A stretch of DNA of 64,000 bases from Malacoraja senta (taxonomy: Eukaryota): assembly GCA_038087875.1 (NCBI GenBank), contig CM075988.1:13394001-13458000 (forward strand), given 5' to 3'. Numbering within the stretch: the stretch's first letter is position 1; each line of letters starts with the position of its first letter. The notes beneath the pieces were generated by a model. The model had not been told where the DNA came from and made no database searches. It saw only the letters and a program-made list of their open reading frames with translations. The position numbers were made by a program, and so were the translations under genes. Shown piece after piece: positions 39,917-53,615 of the stretch.

Positions 39917-41581
39917 CTGAAAAAAAAGTTAAATAAAAATCAATTAAAGCCTAACAAATTGTGACAACATCAATTGAACTGAAAAAATCCAATGGGTTTA
40001 AAAGAAGCATTATCACGTAGTAGGGTACGAAAATTGGAATTAAGGATGGAGTGGGAAAGCGACTGAATTGCGGCTCTCATTTTTGTAGGTTAAAACTGTC
40101 TCATTATTAGATTCATGCATTAACAATCCAGCAAATTCTCTGACAGCTAACATTGCAGTGGTGTCAAAAGTGAAAAATCTTTCTTGTAACTGGTCCATAA
40201 GGCCAATTAAGGATGGACTTAATGCTGGAGATGCTGAATACAAAAATTAAAATGTTAAGACATTCTTCAGGCAAAGCAATGCCCCATGCCATATTACAAC
40301 AATTAAAAGTAAGGAAAGATAAGAACATGAGGAACATAGTATTTATATATTGAGATGACATAATTGCCCAATTTTTATTTCAATTGATTTTGAACTCTGG
40401 CACAATGGCACAAAAGTAATGGCCTTTAGAATGCAACTACTAAATTTGGAGGTGGAAATATTTGTACGTGATGGTGGGTTAAAGAAGGCACGCACATGGG
40501 CTTGGGACCAAGCTATTGGAAGATGTGGAAATTGTATGGATTTTCTTTAAAGATTGTATACTTCCCAACTCCAAGAATCTGCACCCAAACCATAGCTTTT
40601 CACTATATAGTTTAAAAATAAAAGAATAAAAATGGCAAGTCTGTTAAATCATTGACAAGCATCTGGTATTAATTTCACTATTCCACTTTCTGGTAGAACT
40701 TAGAATTTTATGTGTGTATGAACAATCCAAACAGTGGAAATGCACCCTGTGGAACTACAAGATCCCACAAAGCTCCTCCTAGTTTGGAAGTTACACTCAT
40801 CACCATGACCAGAGTGAACAGTCAAGAATAAATCCCAGGTTGTCCCACATACAGGCTAAAATTGATGGTGGGCGCAATGCAAACATGTCATGCATATTCC
40901 TCAGACGCATCGCCGTGACAATGATTTTTATTTCTCTGGCCATACGTAATCTGGTCATTTATAAAGTATTCCAAGTTCATATATGAATCCTGGCATATTA
41001 AGTAGGTACAGTGTTATCACCCATAGAAATCTGCAACCCAGGGAATTTTGAATGACTCATGGCTGTGGCTTGTTTTGAATTTGAACTATTTTTCCTTCAG
41101 TGCAATTATAACCCCCTGAACTCAGCTTGGAGAGATATACAAGATCACACCATGTTTCCCACTGCAAACTGGGAAACATGAAATGTGTCCTTATATACTA
41201 TGCTCAAGGTGAATGCGATCTTCACTCATTGAGCAACAGAAAACGTGTGCATGACTGGAGTTTCAGACGATGACACCATCTACTGTCTCTGAAAATGCCA
41301 ACTTAATGAAGCATTGTTACTTGGACTGGTGATCATTTGAGTCAGGCTTCTAAAAGTTTCTTGAGGGATGGATGTTCCTGGCTGACCCCTCTCGTTCTTC
41401 CGGGGGAGATTCAGCAAGAGCACTGCTCTTTCAATCTTCCAATCCACAATAGACAACTTTTGCTTTAAGATTCATAAAAATAATTTCAAGTCATCCTGTA
41501 AAATCTTCAGGAACCCTCAACACAATGAGTTCTTCTTCATTGAACTCTCCCAAATTCTCAAAGGATGACATATTTCAATGA

Positions 41582-41810
41582 AAGGTAGACACAAAATGTT
41601 GGAGTAACTCAGTGGGACATGGAGCAGCTTTGGAGAGAAGTAATGGGTGACATTTCGGGTCGAGACCCTTCTTCAGACTCATGTCGCCCATGAGTCATCG
41701 TCACGTCACCCATTCCTTCTCTCCAGAGATGCTGCCTGTGGCGCTGAGTTACTCCAGCATTTTGTGTCTATCTTTGGTTTAAACTTGCATCTGCAGTTCC
41801 TTCCTACACA
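41582..41810. mobile_element. Penelope-like short repeat, inverted pair
   Basis: gacacaaaatgttggagtaactcag... and its reverse complement; hammerhead-like core on minus strand 41645-41678. Confidence 0.7.
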
Positions 41811-42283
41811 TCTTTAAATAATACAGTCATACTTTGCCATTTAGATCTGACTTCCTTTGCATGAATGCAAATTGTGTTTGAATAAATCAGTTACATGGGG
41901 AAATGTCATTGCAACACTCATTGGGTTAGATTTGACTTGGCCACTGCTACACACACTTCAGTCATGAGTGTGCTGCATACATGAACACATAGAAAAGAAA
42001 CCAATGTTAATCACCATCACTTCTCAAGATCAATTTTAAGCTATAAAGCAATCATGCAGCACGTTAAAAAATTGTGCTGCACAAATTAATTTTAAGTTTT
42101 ATTAGTTTGTCTATGTTAAATCACAGCAAAGTATATCCCTGTGAAAAAAACATGAATTGACGGAATTAAAAGAAATAGAAATGGATGCTATGTTAATAAA
42201 ACATTGCATATCTCTATTGAATGGCAGAGTACCAGTTATTGAAAACGTTGCCTAAGTACATCAAGTGTAATTATCAGGAAATA

Positions 42284-42487
42284 CAGTGCCCTCCATAATG
42301 TTGTAATGTTGTTAATGCTGTAATTTCTACATGGTGAAACCAAAATGTATACAAATGGTCTTTATTAAAATCTGAGAATGTGCACTTTAACCACATGTGA
42401 TTTTTCTATTACAAATCTCAAATTGTGGAGTATGGAGGCAAATAAATAAATGATGGGTGTTTGTCACAAACATTATGGAGGGGACCG
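42284..42487. mobile_element. Tc1/mariner-derived MITE
   Basis: TA|CAGTGCCCTCCATAATGTTG ... CAAACATTATGGAGGGGACCG|TA. Confidence 0.75.
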
Positions 42488-42869
42488 TATTCCTATTCAG
42501 CCTCTCAGCCTGATTGATACAGTATTTGTGAAGCTGTAATATATTAAATGGATACTTTGTTTTATTTGATGTGACCATGATGAGGACTAATAAGGCAGTC
42601 CATTAGGCTATGCAAATATCATTGCATAGATTTGAGGCCCTTGCAGTAACCCAGTTAACCAGGAATTTGAAACACTTGTGTGACATCTCTTGCGCATCCA
42701 TAAAGAAATGTGTTTTTTTTTTTAATCAATTGTTTGAATAACCTTTTTATTCAATTGGGAACAAAAGATCCAAGTGTGTTTCATTGTAGACTGTGAAGGA
42801 GCACTCATTTACACTCTTTTTGTTTCAACACAGCTACTTTGGTTGCATAATATGGCCATTTGGACAAAT

Positions 42870-44510
42870 CTTCTGAAGTTCATATTCAGAAAGATTAGTA
42901 ATTTCTATCACTTGAAATAAACCAGGCTGACGCCAAGGTATCCTTAGGAGAAAGGCTTCAAACAGACACTTCTTTGATATTTCCTTTTTTCATTATTTCA
43001 GAATCTGCATGTCATACCTTGATCATGCCTTGTCCACCAGTAATACCCTTGTCTTCAAAATGAGCATGTTGGGTTGTCTGCTGTCCTGGTTTAAGTACTT
43101 TCACAATTAATAGACTTCCAGGATTTAGTTCTAACGACGATGACCAGAGATGTATTTCCAAGTAGGATAGCATGTGAAACCTTAAGGAGAGCTGTCAGAA
43201 TAGCTTAGGCAAGTAACTACAGTGCACTTAATAGATGGTATACATTGAAACTACAGTGTGGAGGTGATAGAAGGAACAAGTGTTTAGTGTGGTTGATTGG
43301 GTACAAATTAAGCTCATTGCCTGGTGGATGGCAATATTGTAATTGTACTAGAACCATTAATTCTGCAACATTGCTGTTTGGTACTGCAGCTGGATTGTTA
43401 TCTGGTCACATATCCTTCAATGGATCCAGGGCACCCAACAGTTTTTTTTACATCATGTGGATAATCAAAGTGGTTGAAAGCTGACCTGAGATGATGGAGA
43501 TCCAGCACAAAGCCAAGATGATGCATCTACACAACACTTCTGTGTTAAAGTGTTTGTGAATACTTCAGCCTTATCTCCTGCATGCACACGCTGGACCTCA
43601 CCATTTTGAGAATATAAATATTCGTAGAACCACCCATTAGCTGTTAATTGTCCATTATCATTCTCGGATTGCAGTACTTCAATTGCATGGTTGGTTGTGA
43701 GATCACTTAAGACTGTCATTTTTCTGCCCAGTTTGCATGCATAGTTGCACCAGGCTGGTACTTCATCATTTTTAGGTATGCCTGATGCTCACGGGAGACC
43801 CTCTGCACTGACTGAGCTATGATTGACACCGTAGCAAGATAGTAATAGTAGATAAGGGATATGCTGAGCCATAACATCACAGATTGTGGTGATGTAACTT
43901 TTTACTGTTGCTAATGGTGTGTGGCACCGCATGATTGCTCATGTTAAGCTGCCAGATCTTTTCTGATTCAATCCCATTTACCACAATATAAAGTGACTTC
44001 TATGTGAAAAACTCTGCGGTGGTCATATCTGCCAATGCTATCAAGGACAGGTGCAACTGCCATAGGTACAACAGCAGGACGAGATCAAATAGTTTATCCC
44101 TCGCGTTGGTTCACTCACCACTTGCCACAATCCCAGCCTCATAGCTATGACCTTCAAGCCTCAGCCAGTTCTGAAATTTCTGATGTTACCAATTCACTCC
44201 TGGAGATGCACATCAATATTCCCCACTCACAGTAGAATCCCTGTCTCCGTACTGCTTTCAGCGCTTTCCCTATGTGTTTTTGACCGATTTCACAACTGAG
44301 GATAGGACAGTAGCTGGTAATCAGGAGGGTGGTTTCTTGCTCGTATTTGACTGATCTATGAGACTTCATATTATTTGGGTTCCAAAACTATCCATCCCAC
44401 CTGCATTCCACTGTGTCTCAGCTTTGGTGGGTTTGGATGTATCTCAAGATTGGGAAGGAGGAATTAATCACATTGCTTATAAGGTATGATTTGTGAACAT
44501 GACTGTGTCA
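42870..44510 (-). mobile_element. Old LINE ORF2 remnant
   Basis: DKAEVFTNTLTQKCCVD and YCPI-like motifs; heavily decayed. Confidence 0.45.
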
Positions 44511-44611
44511 GGCTATGGTCTGACAACGTTTAGTTTCTAATTATCGTACAATTAAAGATGCAGTGCTGGAATAATTCAGCAAAATTTCTGGAGAACATAT
44601 GCAACTTAAGA

Positions 44612-45661
44612 TAGCAATGTTACAAAATTTTGAGATTTAAAAAATCTAGTCTGCAATATATACCATCAGATAAATGATAAAAATAAGTTTAATTTGACAC
44701 CTAATTCACTTTCATATCTTCAGTATTAAAAAGGTTATGGCCATTTTCATACTCGGAAATTAGCATCTTGTTCCCTATTGCTTTTCCATTGACTTAACAA
44801 AAAAACTGTGATCAAGGACAGTCAAAAGCCCATAACTTTCTTAAAAATTAAGAGATCTGAATGAAATTTTCAGTTATTATAGATTGAAGCATTCTGAAAC
44901 AAATATGAAACAATGTTACTTGGATGACCTGAAATTAAAGCATATAATTAGTTAGTTACCCAATTGTAGCTAATTACAAAATTCAATTACTAGATCTAAA
45001 CATCTATCAATTTCTTAAGAAAAGGTTAACATTTTTTAAAAGCCTAAGTGTCCAAATAACATTCACACAAGAATTCAGAATATAACATGATTTTTAAATC
45101 TCATTGTCATGAATTTATAGGCCAAATGGAAGGAATTTAGTGTTTAATTCCTGTAAATTAATGGCCATTTAAATCACCTTGCGAGTGGGATTTTGTGGAA
45201 CGCGCTGGTTTGGAACATTACATTTACACTGAATTAAACCCCAATATCGGCAGGAAAAATACTGCCGGTTGGTATATTTACATAATGACATTTTCGCAAC
45301 TTGAAATTTTTATTAAAGGCATCCTAAGAAGCTAGTTTATATGAAAAAATAATCGTTGCCTTGTTTTTTTACCTGTCCCGTGCATGAAATCCGTCCCCGT
45401 TGTCGGCTTTGACGGCTTTAGAAGATGCTTTTTAATTTACTCCTGTTATGAAATTATCCAGTCCAGTTTAAAATAAATTTAATAAAACCGATGTCGAAGC
45501 GATTTTTCTTCAGCTTCTAAACAGCCTTTTCAAAATCGATTTGAATAGTCTGGAGAAATACCGCATTTTAAACCCGCCCCCCACTCAAAGGCGCCAAAGT
45601 CGCGCACACGGGCAGTGACAGAACTGCAGCGCGGCTGAAGGTAAGTTTTGTAACATACCTG
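44612..45661. mobile_element. Non-autonomous DNA transposon, copy 3 (opposite orientation to copy 2)
   Basis: TIRs TAGCAATGTTACAAAA / TTTTGTAACATACCTG; 7-bp TSD CTTAAGA. Confidence 0.88.
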
Positions 45662-48600
45662 CTTAAGACATTTGAGGAGGTGCAGGGAAATAAAGTCAGT
45701 TAAAGCAAGATCAAATCACAGTTTAGAATGTCAATGTAACTTTCCCAAGCATACCCTCTCAACACATAAATTATTAGTGTTATATCATTAATAAACGACA
45801 AAGCAGTGTAATGCTGCCATGAAGAAAATGTCCCCAAAACATTCCTCATGGCAAACCTTGTAGAGAAATGCAGCATTTTCTCAAGATGCTGAAAATGTGA
45901 CATCAGAAAAATCAGATATGCTGATACCATATCATTTTTGTTTTGTTTTCTCTTTTTTCAGTGATTTACACACATTGATGTTTGAGAAACATCACATACA
46001 ATATATCGTGATTGTAAAAGTGTTAACAGGTTGAAACAATGCTAGTGGAATTGAGCAGCTTTGCTCTGCTGCAATTGTTGGTCAGTGCAATAAAAGACAT
46101 GTTATTAGTTCTCTCAAATAAATCACTAATCTCTTTATTATCACCATGGACAAAATATTGTCTGATATATTAGCCCAGAAGGAACTGAAGGCATAATAAT
46201 TAAGGGCTATGGTGACGATGAATATTGGCAGTTAGATTCCACTCACGTAGTTATTTGGACGGTTTATTGTGGAACTTGGCTCAGTTTAAAATGAAAGCTA
46301 AAAACTGAGATTGCAGTTGCTGCATAAACGAATCTGTAAAACGGTTCAGCTTGCAAAATTCTATAATATTCACTTAATCTGTATTCTCATTTTCAAAGTT
46401 GACAAAACCTTTAATGTTTTTATGGTTCTGAACACTTTGTACAGTTAGAAATAAAGACTTGCACAATGTGTTTTCGTCATTCAATGATGTCCCGAAACAG
46501 TATTATTGACTTTAAAATATAATTACTGACCTTGCAGAGCAAATGTCAAATTGCAGCAAAAATATTAATTTGCCATATTTGATAATAAGATATTGAACTG
46601 AAATAGGATTATCTTACCATTATTTCAGCAAAAAATAGATCTGGAAATTAAAATCTGGTGTTTTAATGAGTTCCTAGTTTTCAAATTCTGTTGCTAACTA
46701 CTTATTTGCTCTCCTGTGAACAGTTTGCCTCTGCCACTTTCTGGGAGGAAGAGGTACTGCATCCTCTCCTTACAAGATCTCTGCCATAAATGTTTGGCTT
46801 AAGAGTTAATTGCTGTATATATTTATTTCATCCAAAATCACAAGTGAAACAATATGAAATTAATACACTAGAGATGAAGAAGGGGTTGAAGCTAGTAAAA
46901 AAAACAAAGAAAAAAGAACTATTGCTTCCATTTTGTATGCAATCATACTTACATCCCACCTTATGAAATCAGAAATGCTTCCATTTTTAGTACATTCTTC
47001 CTTGCAATCTTGATGATGAGTGAAAAACGTGCCTGAGACATTTATCTTTTGATCTACTGGACTAACTGATTATCAGATCAACTATGGAACAATTATTCTA
47101 AATTGGTAAAAGGGAATAATATTATCATTGAATAATACATGAAGATAAGAAATGGCTGAGGCCACCCAAATATGTCTGGATAGTAATACAATGAAATGTT
47201 AAAAGATGTGGAAATACTATAGGTTGAGCAAGAACTTGGAAATTTAAACAATTTATGTGGTGGTGAGGAATGTACAGGAATGAAGCTTAAAATCAGTTTT
47301 CCCAAATCAGTTTTATATTCAGAGGAAAAGCAGGTAATCGCTAGCTAGAGTGGTGAAAAGAAACATTGACAATAATAGGGTGAAAGCTGTGGAATTGTGC
47401 CCAGAACTAAGAAGATGTATGCCAAGCCAAGAGCAGAGAATTGAAATGATCCATTGTTCTAGACGAAATATGTTGACATATTGGCATAATGTTGAGATCA
47501 AGCGTCACATGACTCAGAACCAGTGGCCAGAAACACAAAGAACATGTTCTACGAAAGGTTTTGAATACAAGCCAAGATACCGTGAGCACATAAATAATGA
47601 GAAAGGGAGGTACAGTTCATGTAATAGCAAAAGGAGAGTTTTGGGTGGGGTAGTTAAATGCTATGCAACTGATTGTACCTAGGCAATGTGACATCTTGAT
47701 AAATGGTTACTTGGATGAAGTAGTAAAGTCCCTACCATGCCACAAGCACCAAAGCTCAGCAAGGATCAGAAGCATAAAAGGAACGCATTAAAACCCATCA
47801 GATCCATGCTGGTTTGCTGCAAGTAAAATGTAATAGAGGTCTGATCAACCCATTAGTTTAGTTTAGTTTATATCACGTGTACCAACTATAGCTCTGAGAA
47901 TTATTATCCCTCAAGTGCCTGTCCACTTCCCTTTTCAAATCCCTGAATGATTGTTTTCACTACACTTGGAGATAGCTTTCCAGATCACAATCCTCCTACA
48001 TAACAGAGAATTCCCTACTTTCATATAGTCATGCAGCATGGAAACCGGCCCGCTGAACCGTCCATGCCGACCAAGTTACCCAATTGAGCTAGTTCCATTT
48101 GCCTGTGCTGGTCCATATCCTCTAAACCTTTCTTATCTATGTAGCTATCCAAATGTTTCTGAAATGCCATATTGTACTTGCCCCAACCACTTCCCTATCA
48201 TTTTATATCTTTTATCATCGCTCAAGCTGTGCTTCATTTACTTTATCTAAATCCGGTGACCATGTGTATCTCTATTAAATTTAGTTCATGCTTGGAATCG
48301 CCCATTTGATGCAACACTACTTCATTAGATGTTTTCAGATAAAATACACATTTAGTTCCATTCTTTTGTTTTGACAAACAGCAAATCTATCATCTTTACC
48401 TAGTTGCTAAATTTCCTTTTAAAATGAAGAGTATTTAAGGTATCACTTTTTCTGGTAGAATATTTTAGATCCCAAAAATAACAGAATTCTCTAGATATCC
48501 TTCCAATAAATTTCAATTTATGGCCTTTGATTATTCGCTCATTCAGCGGAAACTTTTTCTATTTATTTAACCAAAACATGAAAGTTTCTCGATTATGCCT

Positions 48601-48818
48601 TCTTCTCTTTTTCAACGAGAACTTTTCCCCATAACTCATAGTCGGTTCCACTTTCTCGTTGACATAGTGGCGAACAAACCATATAAGGACATTACATTTC
48701 CCCTACAGTATGATTTGTAGGGGAAATGTAATGAAATGCCAGAACAGGCAATGAAATCTGAGAGAGACAACAAATAAAAGAAACATTGTTCAAATGCATT
48801 TTCAAAAATAACAATTAC

Positions 48819-49189
48819 CTTGTTTTTTTACTATGCTTGTGTTCAGTTTCAAATTTGTTTCCGTCAAACTCATTTTCGTCTTCTGTTTCTTCAAGACTAT
48901 CGTAGAAATCCTGGCCTTCATTATCTCCATTCTCCATATCAAATTCAGTGTTTAATGTTTGAAATACCACTTCTTCATTATCCTGAATGCGATGTTTCAG
49001 CTCTAGTTGGTATTGTTTCTCTTGAATTAAACTGTCAGAATCAGACTCCAATGAGTCATATAAATTTAAGTGAAAATGTTCTCCTTGCTCCTGTGGAAAT
49101 GGTCTCTTTGACACTTCTTTCAGTTGGTTGCAATCTCCTGATTTAAACTGTATTCCTCTTCTCTGTGTTGGATCCTTATTTTCATCCAT
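48819..49189 (-). CDS. JHY: JHY coding exon 1 (start codon)
   Basis: ORF MDENKD...YDSLESDSDSLIQE resembles recalled human JHY DSLESDSESLTQE; donor AG|GTAATT at 48818, phase 2; probable acceptor tttacaag| near 49232 gives a short 5'UTR part. Confidence 0.9.
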
Positions 49190-50244
49190 TGTTGTCGGTT
49201 TTTAGACTGCTAAGAGGTTTTATTGATTGATCCTTGTAAAGATATAGTACTAATTCACAGAAATGGATCAGAAATAATGTCTGCATCAAAAGGATTTTCT
49301 TGATTTCATCACATGTATAGGAAAATCATATCTTGTTTAATGTTGCAGCCAAATTAGTTAACTGTTTTCAACTGTTGAACAGAGCAAAATCCAAAGAAAT
49401 TTAAACTATGAAAAATCAAAACAAAAAATACAGATGCTATAAATATGAAATAAAAACTGCTGGAAACACTTAACAGGACAAGCAGCATCTGTGGAAAGAC
49501 CTTTTGTCAGACCCTTCTTTCAATAAAGGGACTTCAACCAGAAACCTTAAATCTATTTATTCCCATAGATACCACCTGAACAGTTGAGTGTTTCCTTGAT
49601 TAAATTGCTAATGTATTCAAACTAGGATAAAAAATGACTGACATAAACTTAGCGTGGTAAAAATGTCAGAAATTCATCCCAGTCAGTTGTGACTAGTTGT
49701 GACTACTATGCCTCCAAATTTCCTGAATTGACTTCTGCACTTTTAACATTACCAATCAAGGATTATTTTCAAGGCATAATTTTAAAAAAAAACGTAGTCA
49801 CATATGATGCTTACACAAAAGTCAGGCAGAGGAGATACCGATAGATTTTAGAGTGCTCCTCATATCAGAGTACATGTACCTGGAATAGAAAACCATTAAC
49901 CCAAATATATTTGAATAATTTACATCTATTTCAGCTGTTTTTAAATATTTCTGATTATTCAACAAAAGTGAAAGGTCATTGGCAACCTTGAGCTACTACA
50001 AATGTTATCAGGAATTTCTGGAGATGGGTCTCAGGATCTGTCACTACTTCCAACCCACTGTGACTCATGACATGATTGCAGCACCTTGTCCTGTGGTTCA
50101 ATCACTCCCACGGAGACAACAGATAAATGCCACTGCAGAAAAAAATACAGTGTATCAAGGCAGATCTGGCTACAGCTGTGGGGCTGAAGATAAAAGCATC
50201 TGCTCAGTCAGCCAAGAAATTGCATTTCACTTTCTCATCTGCCC

Positions 50245-50636
50245 TGCACACTAACGATAATTTACAGTGACCAAATAACCAACAAACCAATTGTGTTAAA
50301 GAAGGAACTGCAGATGCTGTAAAATCAAAAGTACACAAAAATGCTGGAGAAACTCTGAAGAAGGGTTTCGGCCCGAAACGTTGCCTATTTCCTTCGCTCC
50401 ATAGACGCTGCTGCACCCGCTGAGTTTCTCCAGCATTTTTGTGTACCAACCAACAAACCAACAAGTCTTTGGGATGTGGGATTGAAATGGAGCACCCGGA
50501 GGAAAATGGAGCACCCAGAGGAAACCCACACAGTCACTAAGTGTGTAAACTCCACACAGACAGGACCCATGGTTAGGATCAAACCTGGGTCTCAAGCAAT
50601 GAGGCAGTAGCTCTACCAGCTGTGCCACTATGCCGC
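50245..50636 (-). mobile_element. V-SINE/HE1-like SINE interrupted by a Penelope-like repeat
   Basis: SINE core split at 50291-50447 with 14-bp duplication AACCAACAAACCAA. Confidence 0.75.
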
Positions 50637-52109
50637 TGAATAGTTTAATTCAGTAAAGTTCCAATCATCAGCACAAACAGCTGGTAATTCTATCAAAGGT
50701 TATACAAGATGTAAGCTAGTCTGCTCTCTTCATTGATTCCAATTGACCTGTTGTTTCCTTCTTATTTGGCTTTTCTTTCCATTAAAACAAATCAGTTTAA
50801 TTTCCTTGAATTTCACAATAATTTTAAGATTAAGAATAGATTCGGAAGTTCTGTTACTGGTACAGAATTTAACATGTAACTTTTAGCAATACCAAAATCA
50901 GAGTTGGTATCAAACTTGACATTTGTTGATGTGATGTGATGACATTTTTGGGGAAGTGAAACGACTTATGTATGTCCTTAGTATGTTTTACATATGTATG
51001 ATGAACATACATACATAATTGTACAAGTATGATATTGATGGGTTCACTCTAGTCAAGTCTCATAATGTACTTTAACAACCATCATAAAAGGAATCTCCTT
51101 CACCACTATATTCGTCTTCAATTTATACTAGAAATGTGTACCTTGCAGTTGATTAAATTTGCCTTGAGAGCAATGACGTCATGCTCCAAAAACATTGATG
51201 ACATCCCGCAAGAGTACTCAGTTTTGACAAGAGTAGCATACTTGTGCCCATTGAGTTAAATGCTGATCACCCGCCAATCTCGGTACATTCTCTTGGTCAG
51301 ACCAATGACCTATTCAAAGTAAACAAGGTCGCTGCTGTAGAAATATCCAGTGCATGATATGTTGGATGTACCGTTGTAGAAGAAATGGGATATCTCACGT
51401 GCTGTTAGGCATAAAAAAGAGAAGCTGGTTTAATGTAAATTTGGTTTAATGTAAATTCAGATCAATAGTTAAAAAGCAAAAACACCGCATGCAAAAGAGC
51501 CACAAAACTAAAATCAAAAATGGAATACTCTAGGAAGGAAATTTTACACTTCGTCAAGAGTGAAGAATGTTTTATTGTCATATGTCCCGAAACAAAACAA
51601 TAACATTCTTACTTGTAGCAGGTTTGTTCACCAGGTAGAAACACAATGCTGAGGAAACTCAGCAGGTCAGGCAGCATCTCTGGTGAAAAGTAGGTGACAT
51701 TTCGGTTCGTGATCCGCTCAGTTATTCCAGCTTTTTGTGTCTATCTTCGGTGTAAACCATCTGCAGCTCCTTCTACACAGGTTTGTTCACCATTTCACAT
51801 GGGATAACTTTATTAACAAGTATGTTTAAACATTGAACCAATTTTGCATTAGTTTTCTGCACAGGCTTTTTGTGACTTTTAACTGGAATATGACATAGTG
51901 CCAATACTTAACCTGTTCTTGAAAAGCTGCAACGGAAATCAATAGAATTTCTTTGGGACTTCTATCCCAACAACCCAACCATGGTCCTCTGGTGGTTCAG
52001 GTCCAGCAACTGGTGCACAGGTGTGACCGCCCAGACGGCAGGTGGCTTACCTGTTGTTTTTGCCTCTTTCGCTTGGGCAGCTTACAACCCAGCGGTATGA
52101 ATCATGATT

Positions 52110-52895
52110 TCTCCAACTTCAAGTAACCCTTGCATTCCCACTATTTCTATCCCTCCCCCACCCTAGTTCTCCGACAGTCTCACTGTCAATCTGATTAATT
52201 TTACTGATTGTATGTCTCCTTGTCACCTTCTCCTCAGCCAACAATGAACCATTCTACATTTTCTTATGTGTAGGAAGGAACTGTAGATGCTGGTTTAAAC
52301 CAAAGATACCTATACAAAAAGCTGGAGTAACTCAGCGGGACAGGCAGCTTCTCTGCAGAGAAGGAACAGACAGCGTTTCGGGTTGAGACCCTTCTTCAGA
52401 CTGAGAGTCAGTGAATAGGGGTCAGGAGAGTAGCAAAAGCAAGAGCAAGAGGAAAAGCAGCAAGGCAACTAGGGAGTCTGAAGAAGGGACTTGACTTGAA
52501 CAATTCACCTATTCCTTTTCTCCAGAGATGCTGTCTGACCCGCTGAATTACTCCAGCATTTTGTGTCTATCTCCACTCTCACTTGTCCAGTTCACTCCCA
52601 AAAATGTAACCATCTGGGCAAGGCAACCTCTGGTAGCCAATGAAGGAATTACCCCGACAATGTTGAACTTTCGGGACTACAATGGGAATATGGATTTGTT
52701 TTGTTCTTTAACAACCATGTAGGTGGCGGACCGTTTCTGGAATTCTGCCCCCACCTCTCTTTCAGCTTTGCCCTCCCCTCCACTACAATCAGTCTGAAGA
52801 AGGGTCTCGACATGAACTATCACCCCCCATTATTCCTTCTCTCCAGAGAGAGATGCTGCCGGTCCCGCTGAGTTACTCCAGCATTTTGTGTCTCT
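52110..52895. mobile_element. Cluster of Penelope-like short repeats
   Basis: Several units in both orientations with CTGAAGAAGGG cores. Confidence 0.65.
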
Positions 52896-52899
52896 CATC

Positions 52900-53200
52900 G
52901 TTGGCGGATCGTTTCTGGGATTCTCCCGGCTTGAGATCGGGTTTAACCGCCGCAGGCGATCTGAATACGTTCTATCCCGGCACTAATTACTCACTCATAT
53001 CGCGGTCAACCCGTCCCCCAACCGCAGCTCACCCTCGCCGCCGCCGCCGAGGCGCCGCCATGACACTCACCAACAGGCCCGGGCCCGGGCCCACACACAG
53101 CGTCGTCGCCATGGCAACTGCGTCATTGCGTCGTCGTTAGCGTCAGGGCGCCCACCATTGGCGTCTGACGATCCAGCCAGAGAGCTCGGATGGTCAGGCA
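52900..53200 (-). promoter_or_regulatory. JHY: CpG island, probable JHY promoter and non-coding first exon
   Basis: Local CpG-rich stretch 3.8 kb upstream of the ATG; minus-strand donors G|GTGAGT (~53070) and G|GTGAGC (~53031); X-box and CGTCA half-CRE motifs. Confidence 0.7.
53105..53118. promoter_or_regulatory. RFX X-box
   Basis: GTCGCCATGGCAAC (reverse GTTGCCATGGCGAC), near-perfect palindromic X-box typical of ciliary gene promoters. Confidence 0.8.
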
Positions 53201-53600
53201 GCCTCTGTGGAGGCAATGCACACCCCTGCAGACAGGGAGCACTGCACACACACTCCTCTGCAGACACATGGCAATGCATCCCCATGCAGACACATTGCAA
53301 TGCATCCACATCTCCCTTCAGACAGGGAGCAATGCACACACACTCCTCTGCAGACAGATAGCAATGCACACCAGCCCCCCCCCCCCCACCTATGCAGACA
53401 CATGGCAATGCATACACATCCCCCTTCAGACAGGGAGCAATGCACGCACTCCTCTGCAGTCAGGTAGCTCACTCATCTGCAGACACATAACAATGCACAC
53501 ACTCCTCTGCAGACAGTGTTCTCCTCCTCTGCAGACACATGACAATGCACCCCCCCCCCCCACCTTTCAAACAGGCAGCAATGCACACACTCTGCAGACA
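53200..53600. repeat. Degenerate tandem repeat (cctctgcagaca...gcaatgcacac)
   Basis: Many imperfect units; resumes at about 55045-55165 beyond the Gypsy insertion. Confidence 0.8.
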
Positions 53601-53615
53601 GCTTTATGTGTCTAT

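Noticed and set aside
51142..51402. Exon-like segment on minus strand with a good acceptor and donor
   Set aside because: Stops in the frames I translated and no recognisable homology; could be a JHY 5'UTR exon but cannot be supported here
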